Shown: piece after piece, positions 18,115 to 27,506 of the stretch | Layout: every line of letters starts with the position of its first letter | How positions within the stretch are numbered: the first letter of the stretch is position 1 | Origin: Candidatus Latescibacterota bacterium | Lineage (GTDB): Bacteria; Latescibacterota; UBA2968; UBA8231 | DNA: 64,000 nt | Assembly: GCA_965261395.1 (NCBI GenBank) | Contig: OZ253462.1 | Coordinates: 6,304,001-6,368,000 of the forward strand | Direction of reading: 5' to 3' | The notes under the pieces: model-generated | Database searches by the model: none | Told to the model about the DNA's origin: nothing | The model's input: the letters and a program-made list of their open reading frames with translations, nothing else | Translations under genes and position numbers: made by a program

Positions 18115-20321
18115 AGGTTCGACAAATAGGACAACTTGAGCAGCAGCACCCGGTTGTCGAGTCGCGCATCACTCTGCGTCTGGTTGTACGCTAGGAAGAA
18201 ATGGCTTTTGGGGCTATACTCCCAGCCGAACAGGGCGCTGATTAGGTGATGGCTCTCGGTTTGTTGCGGCGGGGTGAAGGACTGTTGCCGTTCGGTCTGG
18301 GCGAAGATGCGCAAGAAGGTGTCGCGGGTAAACAGATAGGTCGTGCGCAGCGAGCCGACGGTGAAGCGGCCGTCTGCCTCGCCGCTCGGATCGCGGGTCT
18401 GCGCCAAGGAGCCGCCGATGTCGATGGCTAGGTTGGTGCGGGGGCGCAGGATGCCAAAGAGCGCGAGCTGGCGCTGTTGGCCCACGGCCTGTTGCGAAAA
18501 GTTAAAGAAGTCGCCGATGCCGCCAAAGACCTCAAACGACGCTGGGCGCGAGGAGTTGGTGGCGATGAAAAACCCGAATTCGTTGGCGTCGAAGATGTCG
18601 GTCAGTTCGATATGGTGGCTGCGCCCGTAGTGGACATCAAAATAGCTGACGAGCGTTTCGGTTAGTTCCATCCCCGCTTTCAGTTCGCTCTGCCAGCCGA
18701 CTAAGTCCTCCTCGAATTCGGACGCCAGGGCGCGTCCGGGGTTGTCGCGGTGCCAGTTGGCGAAGTAGGCGTCGTCGTAAAGCCCCTTGGACAGGCCAAG
18801 GTCTCCTTCGACGAATACCCGGTGCCCTCTCCAGCGCGGGCCATAAATCCCCTCCAGCGCCAGTTGCTGCCAGCCGCGGAAAGGCTCTTTGCGCAGGAAA
18901 CCGGTCTCGTTGGTGTCGAATCGAGGGGCGATTTGCTCTAGGACTAGCGAGGCTTCCCAGAGGAAATTGCGCTGACTGAGTTCAAAGGTGAGGGCCGAAT
19001 GGTCCCGGTCCGGCCCGTCGCGGAAGCTCATCGCGTACTGGCCCTGGGCCTTATAGGTCTTGGCGAAGGTGATATTGGCATCGACGCCGCCGACCCGGCT
19101 GTGGGTGCCGTCGAGGTCTTTGCCGGCGTACATGACGCCGATATTCGACCGGCGCAAGATGTCTTTTTTGACGCGCAGTGCTGAGAAAAGCACCTCCTCG
19201 CTCAAGGCGGGACCGTCGCCTAGTTCCAGCAGGCCGATGCCGCCGGTTTGGCTGCCTAAGAAACCGAGCGAGTAGTCGCCGACCTTACCGGTCATTTTGC
19301 TCCCCCAGACGATATCGCCCCGGCTGCCGATGCGCCGGTTGAAGAACAGGTCAAAAGGCGTTGCAAAAAAACTGTTGCCCTCGACGAAAAAGGGGCGCTT
19401 CTCGGGAAAGCGGGTTGGAAAGCGAGTCAAGTTGATCTCGACTTGGTCGGCTTCGACCTGAGCGAAATCGGGATTGACCGTCAGGTTGGCCCTCAGCGCT
19501 GCGGTCAGGTTGTATTGCAGGTCGAGGCCGATGGCACCTTGGCTGCCGGTGTCCTGTCCCGAGGTCTGGGACGCGCCCCCCGCAGCATAGGGCGTGACCT
19601 CGAAGAGTTTGCCCGGTTCGATATCCGCGAAGCCGACGGCATGGCCCAGATCCGACATCCGCGTAAAAACGCCCGCCTGGGTCATTTGTTTCCACACCGT
19701 CCATTCGTTCTTGCGTTTGTTCAAGCGCTCAATATCGAAGCCCCAGACTTGGTCTTGGCCCTTGGGAAAGCGGAAGTTGGCAAAGGGGATTTTGAATTCG
19801 GCGGTCCAACCGGCGGAGTCGATTTGCGCCTCAACCCACCATATGCCGCGCCAATTGCGATCCGAGTTGCTGTCGTCGTAGCGGTAGCCATCAGACTGGA
19901 TGCCGTCCGGAGTGGTCGCAAAAGTGTACCCGGTGCGATGGTCGTGGTGCGGGTCGATGAAGAAGGAGATGAAGTCCGACGGGAAGACCTGGCCACGGCG
20001 GTCGAGGCGGTTGACGATTTTTGTCGGTTCGGCGTCGTAGCAACGGAACCCCACATAGAGGTTGTGGCGATCGTAAACGATATGGAATTGGGTGTCGTCG
20101 GTTGCGGGTGCGCCGCGCTGGGGCGCTAGTTGGCGCATGCCTTTTGCCGCTTGCGCCCTTTGCCAAACCGCCTCGTCGAGGCGACCGTCAATGATCGGTG
20201 GTGCTGCGTCGCCGAGCTGGTAGGCTTGGATGACGTGTATGCCGAGGTCGCCCGGATGGGCCAATAGGGCGATGGGAGAAAAGGTAGTCAATAATAAGGC
20301 GATGATTGCGAGCACTGGCAT
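18111..20321 (-). CDS. DUF5916 / CBM9-like outer-membrane protein
   Basis: PIIDGRLDEAVW, WTAEFKIPF, NLTVNPDFAQVEAD, FPEKRPFFVEG, RRIG; start MPVLAII signal peptide. Confidence 0.85.
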   Translation of the reverse strand: MPVLAIIALLLTTFSPIALLAHPGDLGIHVIQAYQLGDAAPPIIDGRLDEAVWQRAQAAKGMRQLAPQRGAPATDDTQFHIVYDRHNLYVGFRCYDAEPTKIVNRLDRRGQVFPSDFISFFIDPHHDHRTGYTFATTPDGIQSDGYRYDDSNSDRNWRGIWWVEAQIDSAGWTAEFKIPFANFRFPKGQDQVWGFDIERLNKRKNEWTVWKQMTQAGVFTRMSDLGHAVGFADIEPGKLFEVTPYAAGGASQTSGQDTGSQGAIGLDLQYNLTAALRANLTVNPDFAQVEADQVEINLTRFPTRFPEKRPFFVEGNSFFATPFDLFFNRRIGSRGDIVWGSKMTGKVGDYSLGFLGSQTGGIGLLELGDGPALSEEVLFSALRVKKDILRRSNIGVMYAGKDLDGTHSRVGGVDANITFAKTYKAQGQYAMSFRDGPDRDHSALTFELSQRNFLWEASLVLEQIAPRFDTNETGFLRKEPFRGWQQLALEGIYGPRWRGHRVFVEGDLGLSKGLYDDAYFANWHRDNPGRALASEFEEDLVGWQSELKAGMELTETLVSYFDVHYGRSHHIELTDIFDANEFGFFIATNSSRPASFEVFGGIGDFFNFSQQAVGQQRQLALFGILRPRTNLAIDIGGSLAQTRDPSGEADGRFTVGSLRTTYLFTRDTFLRIFAQTERQQSFTPPQQTESHHLISALFGWEYSPKSHFFLAYNQTQSDARLDNRVLLLKLSYLSNL

Positions 20322-20337
20322 TCCTTTGAGGTTGCTC

Positions 20338-20378
20338 GGCGTTGGTGAGCGCGATCGACAAGCGCAAGGGGTATTGAA
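20338..20378 (+). repeat. Direct repeat copy 2: orphan 3' end of D-2-hydroxyacid dehydrogenase gene
   Basis: Encodes ALVSAIDKRKGY* versus ALLSVIDKRKGY* at 14104..14142. Confidence 0.85.
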
Positions 20379-20460
20379 TGCGTCAACATCAGTTATCCGC
20401 AGATAGCGCAGAGGGGTCGCACACCAGAACACGCCGGCGAAACCTGTCGTTTTCAAGTGG

Positions 20461-21171
20461 TTAGGACAACGCCGTTTCCAAGCGATGTTTTCGTTTTATC
20501 CAGTCGGGGATAAACTGCTCAAGTAAGCTATAAAACTTCGGTCCGTGATTGAGATGGAACAAGTGACATAGCTCGTGGATAACGACATATTCAATACATT
20601 CTCTGGGTGCTTTTATAAGTTCCAGATTCAATGTTATGCCGCCTTTACTGCTGAAACTGCCCCAGAGCGTTTTCATCTTGCGGATTTTTAGTAAAGGCTT
20701 GCCCACTCCCTTTTTTGCAAAAAGATGCCAGCATTCTTCAAATACTTGAGCAAAGTAAACATCCGCCTTGCTCCGGTACCATGCTTCGAGCAGCATCGCT
20801 ATATGCTCTGGCTTGTCGTCAACCGTCTGTACGTGGAAGAAGCCGCGCTTTAGCAAAACTTCGTCTGTTGCAGACGGGCTTATCTTCAGCCGATACTGTT
20901 TGCCGAGGTAAAGATGGCTTTCGCCACCGACAAACCTCCGCTTGGGGGTGCGCGGTGCAAACTGTGCGAAATAGCGAAGCTGGCGTCTTATCCAGCGCAC
21001 TCGCTTGTAAATGAAATCTTCGACAAGGGTTTCATTTGTTCCTAGCGGGGCTTTTACAACTACCGAGCAGTCGGGGTGAACGGCGATCTCAACAGTCTTT
21101 CTTTTGCAGTAACTCAGGTGGAAGGGAATGGACTCGCCGGCATACGTGAGGGTGCGGTTCGTTTCCGGCAT
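20461..21171 (-). CDS. YgjP/DUF45 (M48/SprT-like) metallopeptidase-domain protein
   Basis: GESHLYLG, MKTLWGS, LNLEL, IEYVVIHELCHLFHLNHGPKFY. Confidence 0.9.
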   Translation of the reverse strand: MPETNRTLTYAGESIPFHLSYCKRKTVEIAVHPDCSVVVKAPLGTNETLVEDFIYKRVRWIRRQLRYFAQFAPRTPKRRFVGGESHLYLGKQYRLKISPSATDEVLLKRGFFHVQTVDDKPEHIAMLLEAWYRSKADVYFAQVFEECWHLFAKKGVGKPLLKIRKMKTLWGSFSSKGGITLNLELIKAPRECIEYVVIHELCHLFHLNHGPKFYSLLEQFIPDWIKRKHRLETALS

Positions 21172-21229
21172 TGTAGCTATCCTAGATTATCCGCAGATGG
21201 GCGCAGATGGGCGCAGAATAGTCGTCCTA

Positions 21230-22364
21230 TAGCAATCCTGAATGAGTTGAGAGCATTATTTAATTTTTCTATGTTATCCTGCGTTTGGTATGGCCCCCCT
21301 TTTTTAGGAGCATATCTATGCCTTCGGATACTTCTCTTACGGCGTTTATCGCCAGCAATCCCGATGCACGGGAATTGAAACGGGCGTTAGCGGTTCACAG
21401 GACGCAGTTGGGCTTCAAACAACGGGTGATTCAATCCATTCTCGGCGTACCGTCGAGCTTCATTAGCACGTGGAAGAAACGCTATCAGGCCGAGGGCGTG
21501 GACGGTTTGCGCTTGGCTTATACCGGGTCGCAGCCTTTTTTGTCGGCCGATCAATGTGCACAAATCCACGCGTGGTTAGCCACCCAACCGCCGCCTTCGG
21601 TCGCCGGGTTAGCCGCCTATATCCAAACCCAGTTTGGCGTGGTCTTTCGCTCGTCGCAAAGCTATTACGACCTACTTTCGCAGGCTCGCTATAGCTGGAA
21701 AAAGACGCAAGCCCGTAGGCCGAAAGCTGATCTGCAACAGGCGATGGACCAGCGAGAAGTCATTAAAAAAAACTAGCCGATCATAAAGCCGATCTTGAAG
21801 CCGGCCACGTCAGTGCCTTTTTCGTTGATGAGTCGCACCTGCACGGGGACGAAGCCTGTGGCTATGCTTGGGGACGCCAAGACCAACGGCTTGAGGTTTC
21901 CATTGAAAATGGCCGCCAACGACAAACCTATTATGGAGCCTTGGATGTGGTCAAGGGCACCTTCCTCATGCAAAGCTACCCGAAGGCCAACTCACAGCAT
22001 ACCGTGGACTTTGTACGCTACCTACAACAGCGTCGTCCCGGGCAAAAGTTGTTGATCTTTGGGGACGGCGTTTCCTATTATCACCAACGGGCCATGCGTG
22101 ATTTTCTGCAAGCGCTCCAAGCCGATCGAGCACCCCACGAGTGGAAGATCGACGGTACGCGATTGGCCCCGTATGCACCGCAAGAAAATCCGGTCGAAGA
22201 CCTCTGGTTAAAAGGCAAAACCTTTGTGCGCACCCATGCGTTATGGACCACCTGTTTTAAACAGATTAAAGACCTATTCGTCAAGGGAATTCGACAGAGC
22301 AGATACTTCCATTTCCCCAAGTTGAAACAATATGCAATATCTCTTAAATGATTTAGGATTGCTA
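21230..22364 (+). mobile_element. IS630-family insertion sequence
   Basis: Ends TAGCAATCCTGAATGA / TCATTTAGGATTGCTA-type inverted repeats; TA duplication at 21228-29 and 22365-66. Confidence 0.9.
21318..22351 (+). CDS. IS630 transposase (HTH ORF + DDE ORF joined by -1 frameshift)
   Basis: A8 run at about 21765-21772; -1 frame continues KKLADH...FFVDESH...YYGALD...LAPYAPQENPVEDLW. Confidence 0.85.
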
Positions 22365-22547
22365 TACCACCAAGCAACTTTCTCCCCGGCCCGTGTCTTC
22401 ATACTGCTCAAGAAGTAGGCCCGACAGTAAGGCTTCTTCTATCTCAGCAAGGGTCAGGTTGTCATTTTGTCTTTCTTGGTCGCCATGTCTCGAAAAGTAG
22501 TACTGCCCCTCTCTGATTCTGCTCTGTATCCAGACTATATCCAACAT
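22365..22547 (-). pseudogene. DUF4258-like protein truncated at the IS630 end
   Basis: YYFSRHGDQER...EIEEAL..G..LEQYED..RGESCLVV, then the IS end. Confidence 0.7.
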
Positions 22548-22617
22548 CTCATAAAACCATTACGCTCAGGCGTGATGTTGGTCATAGCAACCATCTGTTG
22601 ATTGACATGGTGACCTC

Positions 22618-22731
22618 CATCACTTCCAGGCGTCGAACGGGTTCGCCGTGTTCGCCAGCGGCATCCTAACCCTCGCTCCGGCCATATGCGAGGCGTGGGC
22701 CATCATCGCCATTTCTAGATAGAGTCGCACA
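22618..22731 (-). repeat. Orphan duplicate of the 3' end of the Gfo/Idh/MocA gene (partner 29746..29859)
   Basis: 103/114 identical by manual alignment; encodes VRLYLEMAMMAHASHMAGARVRMPLANTANPFDAWK*. Confidence 0.92.
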
Positions 22732-24376
22732 CACCTATTCTTATCCATTGATTTTGTTATGTAATGCCTCGAGCGTCTCCGTATCTCTCTGAAATGCTTC
22801 GAGTGTTTCGTCGTTCAGCTTGATGCGGAATTCATACCGCCTCGTAGGAACATTGAGGGGCCGTCGCTCCGAAACATCCCAAGAATCGATGCTCACCGGA
22901 TCATAACCGCTGTTACCCGCCCATTGAACCTCGCGGGATGCTTTCCTTAGCTCATCTAAAGGACGCCAGATCCAGCGAATCTCATAGTCTTGTTCTCCAT
23001 TAGGAAAGAGGATGGCCATGACGTAGTCATCGCTTTTTCCTTCAAAGTCTCGGGCTTTTTCACATTGGAGACCGGACCAGTGAAACATGCCAGGACGGCT
23101 TGCTGTGTGCTTGACCTCAATATGGAATCTACGCCTACCGGACGATATAACGAAGTCGCTCTCTCTGTTTTCGTCGTCCCGAACATGCCGTTCCACTTGA
23201 CTGAATACTCTTTTGAGTTTCTCATAAAGCCAATCTTCCGCAGCCAGCCCCGTTTCGGGGCGCGGTCTTGATGCTCCGTTGCTGGATGTGGGAGTTCTTG
23301 GCGGTCTCATTCCGCCCCCAGCGCCAGTCTCTGGCTGCGGTGGTTGTTGAGTTTCTCGTTGCGGATTTTGAGAATCCGGGGCGACGCCCTGTGACGGCCC
23401 TATACCTAGCTTAGGGCCTTGCGGCAGTGGCAGGTCGTTGTCTGTACCTTGTCCGAGGGGCGCGCCGAGTAGCCAAGCATTTTCTGCCTCTCTGATGTCG
23501 TCTTCAGTCACGCCCTCTTGCCGCAGTCGATCCAGATACCCCTCCTTATCCGACTCACGTAATAGATTTTCAAACAGAGAGGCTTTGTCTTCTGCGTCTG
23601 CGACTCTCGCGGCCAAGCCATGTCCAAGAGCTCTCCACTTATCTTTGTTGAGATTGATCAGAAGCGCACCGTCTTCTCTTCGCCAAGAAAGCACTTGGAC
23701 AGCAGGCACAGGCTTACCGTTGGCCGTCAGTTTAAGCCGCAGTCTGTTCACAGCAATGATGTTCAACTTCTTGGGTAGCGATTTCGTCAGACTTGCGGCG
23801 ACACTCAGACCCCGGCACCTTTCGCTATAGCTTTGAAGAAGCTTTTGACTCTCCGGTTCGGCCGGCTCATCATATTGCGGTTCGGCTGATAGCGTATCGG
23901 AGAGGCGACCCACACCCAGCCGTTCCGGCGCACTGTTGCCCGCGTCAAGACGGACGATGAACAGCTTGTATCCCTTGCGAAGAATATCCTGCCTAACCTC
24001 ATCGAAATGCGACTCGCCGACATAATAGACCTCGCTTGGCGGAGAAAACATCAATGTCTCGCGATCATCTTCCCAAGCCAAGCACGGAATGTCGATATCT
24101 TCCGGAAACTCGTTCCTCCGTTCAAGTTCCAAGTATCCGCGATAGAGAGTACCGGCTTCTTCTCCATCGTTCTCCCATTCAAGTTTCAGGTATCCACGAT
24201 AGAGAGCATCGGCGGCTCTATATAATCCACCGGTTTCTTCTCCACGCTCGGGAACCTTTCGTTCACTCTCTTCCAACTGCTCGGCCAGTTTTGAGAGCTT
24301 CCGCATCCATTCATGCCAGTCTGTCGGATCTTCGGGTAGCTGCTCCCGAACACCTAGACTACGCAGCTTGTACTTA

Positions 24377-25462
24377 TTGAGTCCTGCAAATATAAAGGAA
24401 TATTTTACGGTTTAAGTTGTGCATACTTGAAGAAGCCTCGAATCAGGTCGTTATCGTGATGCTGGGCGGTGATCGACATGCAGACGGCATCGGCTAAATC
24501 TTCAATGTGATCTGGAATGAAGTTGGCCAGATCGCCATACTTGGTATGATTCCAGACCTGTTCCGCCGGATTCAATTCGGGTGCATAAGCGGGTAACCAT
24601 TCGATAGTGAGTCGATCCGGATATCTTTTTTGCAAGACCGACACGGCGGCACGATGGACACTCCACCGATCCAAAATGAGCACGACCTTGCGCCGTATCA
24701 TGCCCATCATATGACCAACAAAGGACACCACATCTTGCGTATCAATGTTATGCTCATACCGCCGGAAATACACCCCCAATCGCTGCCGTCGAGGCGGCAG
24801 GGTAACGGCGGCTTGAACCGACAAGCGATCGTGACGATCCCACACCTTATGTATAGGCGTGTGCCCCGACAAAGCCCATGTCCTACGACGGGTGGGTTGC
24901 AGCATGAAGCCGCTCTGATCCATCAAGACGATGGTCGCCCTTTGGTGCCGGGCTTTTTTTTAATCCGTGGCCATTCCACCAAACGCCATTGGCGCACCGC
25001 CGCCTCATCCTGTTCCCGCGCCCGGTGTTGGGGATACTGGCACGAAAAACCCAACCCATGTAGCAGCCGCCCCACATGATCGGGATGATAGGACACCCCA
25101 AACCGTTGGGCAATCACCTGCGCTACCCGCTTACAGGTCCACAGCGCGGTATCAAAGCCAGCCGCTTGGGGCCCCGCCAGCAGAAGCTGCTTCAACTGAT
25201 CTTTGTCTTGGGCACTCAACTGACCGCCTCGCCCCGGATGCGGTTTGGCCTTCAGCCCCGCCTCGCCGCCTTGCGCTCTCATCGTCTTCCAACGAGACAC
25301 CGAGGAGGGGGAGGCTTGGACCAGACGAGCCACCTCGTTGACGCCTTTGCCTGCATCAAGCAAATGAGCCGCCCATGGACGACGATATTCTAGCCGATCG
25401 GCACTACCTTTAGGTCGCATTGAAATGAATATAAAATATTCCTTTAAAAATGCAGAGGTCAA
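24377..25462 (-). mobile_element. IS630-family insertion sequence
   Basis: TIRs TTGAGTCCTGCAAATATAAAGGAATATTTT / TTGACCTCTGCATTTTTAAAGGAATATTTT; TA duplication 24375-76 and 25463-64. Confidence 0.92.
24405..25420 (-). CDS. IS630 transposase (-1 frameshift at A8G)
   Basis: ORF A MRPKGSA...WPRIKK; -1 frame KKARHQRATIVLMDQSGF...ILDRW..H...LPAYAPELNPAEQVW. Confidence 0.88.
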
Positions 25463-25928
25463 TAATACGCTGAAACCACTCCTCGTTTCCGACGCCGCTT
25501 TTATCAACTTCGGGAAGCAGACCGCGAAGGCCTTCACCCGGCAGGAATGCGTTGCACGGGGCTACCCGTCTGCCGGCATGGAACAGGGCAGGCTCGCAAG
25601 GAAGCCACTCCTCATGGCGGAGCTGACAATCGGCGAAGTTGGCTTTATTGTAATTTTTCTCCTTTTTCCTCCTGTAATAATACGTGCGATAGAAAGTCGC
25701 CCTGTACTTTTTCACAGCATCCGCAAGGGGAAGCATCGTTCTGATGACGCTGGCCGGATCGTTGCCGTCATTGGTATTGTGGATGCATTCGGGAAAAAAC
25801 TCAATTTGCCAATCATATAGCCATTCATAGAATGACTCTTTTTCATAGATCTCCACCAAACAGTGATCCGGCAGACCTACGACGCGCCGGGCTTTCGGCT
25901 CCCAAGATACGCCGGCCCACCGAAGCAA

Positions 25929-27506
25929 GGGTGCATTAGGTGATTGTTACGGTTTTGGTGGTTGTTTTTAGGTTGTCTCGGTACTGCTGAAAGACCCGGT
26001 CAAGCGTTCCATTGTACAAGGCGCAACGCAGGGCAAGAATGGCGTTGCTGTTTTCCTTATACCACCAAGCGCCCGAGCGTTTCAGACGAACATGGCCGAT
26101 GAAGCGATGCGCCGATTCGATCGCACCCGACCCGATCGGGTATCCGCCCTTGCGATGGCTGCCGAAATCGACTTGATGCAATCGCTTTTGCAGGTACGTC
26201 AAGGCCGTGCCGATCGCTTCTTCGGCCTCTTCCGAGACCGCCTGCATGCGCTGCAGACCCCAAACCACGCCGGTGCCCTCACCGCAGAACAGGCGCGCCA
26301 GAGTCGCTTCCAGCCAATGGCTGGCGCGCGCCGCATCGGTGCCGTATTGAGCCTCGGCCACCGCGTGCAGGTAGCGGCTACAATGGTAGTAGTCGAGGAT
26401 CTGACGGGCGCTCGGGAACAGTTCCTCCACCCATTTCCAGATCCACGGGGCTCCGTCCCCGATGGCACACAAGCGCACCTGCTCCTCCGGGATCAGCCCC
26501 GCCTCCTTGACCTGGCGCAAGGCCGAGCCGAAGGCCTGTTCGTCGCCCATCTGGTGCCAGGAGATCAGCTGCTCGATGCGCTCATCGTCTACCAAGTAGA
26601 AGCGAAAGCCCTTGGCTTCGTGGTATTCACCCTGCCAACGCCTTCGCCGAGCCCGGCTCTTCTTGCGCCCCGGACGAGTCCCTTTGGCGGTCTCGGGACG
26701 ACTGGGCACGTCGGCCGCGTCGATGGCCAACACCACGATGGGCCGCCACTTGCGAGCGGCGGCGGCTTGAGCAATGCGATCCTGGATGTCGGCCGCGTCC
26801 GGACACACCTGCAGCACGTCCAACGACCCGGTCTGTTGCAGCACCTCGTGAATCACACAGTCGCTCATCGACGCGTCGGTCAGCTCGTCCAGCAGCTTCG
26901 CGGCGCGCTGGTGGGGCATCTCCAGCGCCAGCTTGACCCCGGCGTTTTGAACGTCCCACTGCTTGCGGTGCCCCGACAGGCCCAGGGCCTCGTCCAGCGG
27001 ATAAAAGCCGTGCTCACAGGAAACGCAGTAGAAATAGGGCCGCTCCAAGGGCACCGGCCCGAGCAGCGTCTCCACCGTGCGCGAGCGCGACGGTCGCGCA
27101 CGCAGGACGCGCTCACACTTCGGGCAGGCCGCCTCTTCTTGCGCCAGGAACTGGCCGTGGCGGCGTTCGATGAAGGCTTCCACCACCGCCGCGGTAAGCC
27201 CGGAGCGCTCTTGCGACACCGCCTCGGTAATCTCCATCAACGTCGGCGGAGTAGATCCGTGCTCGCTCATTTGCGTCTCCACCCGATCCAGCAACTCGTC
27301 CAGGGCTTCATGCGCTCTACTTCGAAAGCGCGCCCACTGCTGCCGCTGCTGAAAGGGCGCCAGAGAGAGAATCGCAGGCATTGCTCCCCTTCTTTCTCAA
27401 TCGAGGGGAGCGTGCCGCGGGGGAGGCGGCAAAAGAATAGAACAAGTTACTGTAAAATATACACATACGTACCGAAATCGTGCCATAACAATCGGCTAAG
27501 GTGCCC
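25929..27506 (-). mobile_element. ISKra4/ISLre2-like insertion sequence
   Basis: Imperfect TIRs GGGTGCATTAGGTGATTGTTACGG / GGGCACCTTAGCCGATTGTTATGG; 8-bp TSD CGAAGCAA at 25921-28 and 27507-14. Confidence 0.9.
25936..27381 (-). CDS. ISKra4-family transposase
   Basis: CPKC/CVSC zinc ribbon, RPYFYC, GDGAPWIW, ILDYYH, PIGSGAIESA, RLKRSGAWW. Confidence 0.9.
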   Translation of the reverse strand: MPAILSLAPFQQRQQWARFRSRAHEALDELLDRVETQMSEHGSTPPTLMEITEAVSQERSGLTAAVVEAFIERRHGQFLAQEEAACPKCERVLRARPSRSRTVETLLGPVPLERPYFYCVSCEHGFYPLDEALGLSGHRKQWDVQNAGVKLALEMPHQRAAKLLDELTDASMSDCVIHEVLQQTGSLDVLQVCPDAADIQDRIAQAAAARKWRPIVVLAIDAADVPSRPETAKGTRPGRKKSRARRRRWQGEYHEAKGFRFYLVDDERIEQLISWHQMGDEQAFGSALRQVKEAGLIPEEQVRLCAIGDGAPWIWKWVEELFPSARQILDYYHCSRYLHAVAEAQYGTDAARASHWLEATLARLFCGEGTGVVWGLQRMQAVSEEAEEAIGTALTYLQKRLHQVDFGSHRKGGYPIGSGAIESAHRFIGHVRLKRSGAWWYKENSNAILALRCALYNGTLDRVFQQYRDNLKTTTKTVTIT

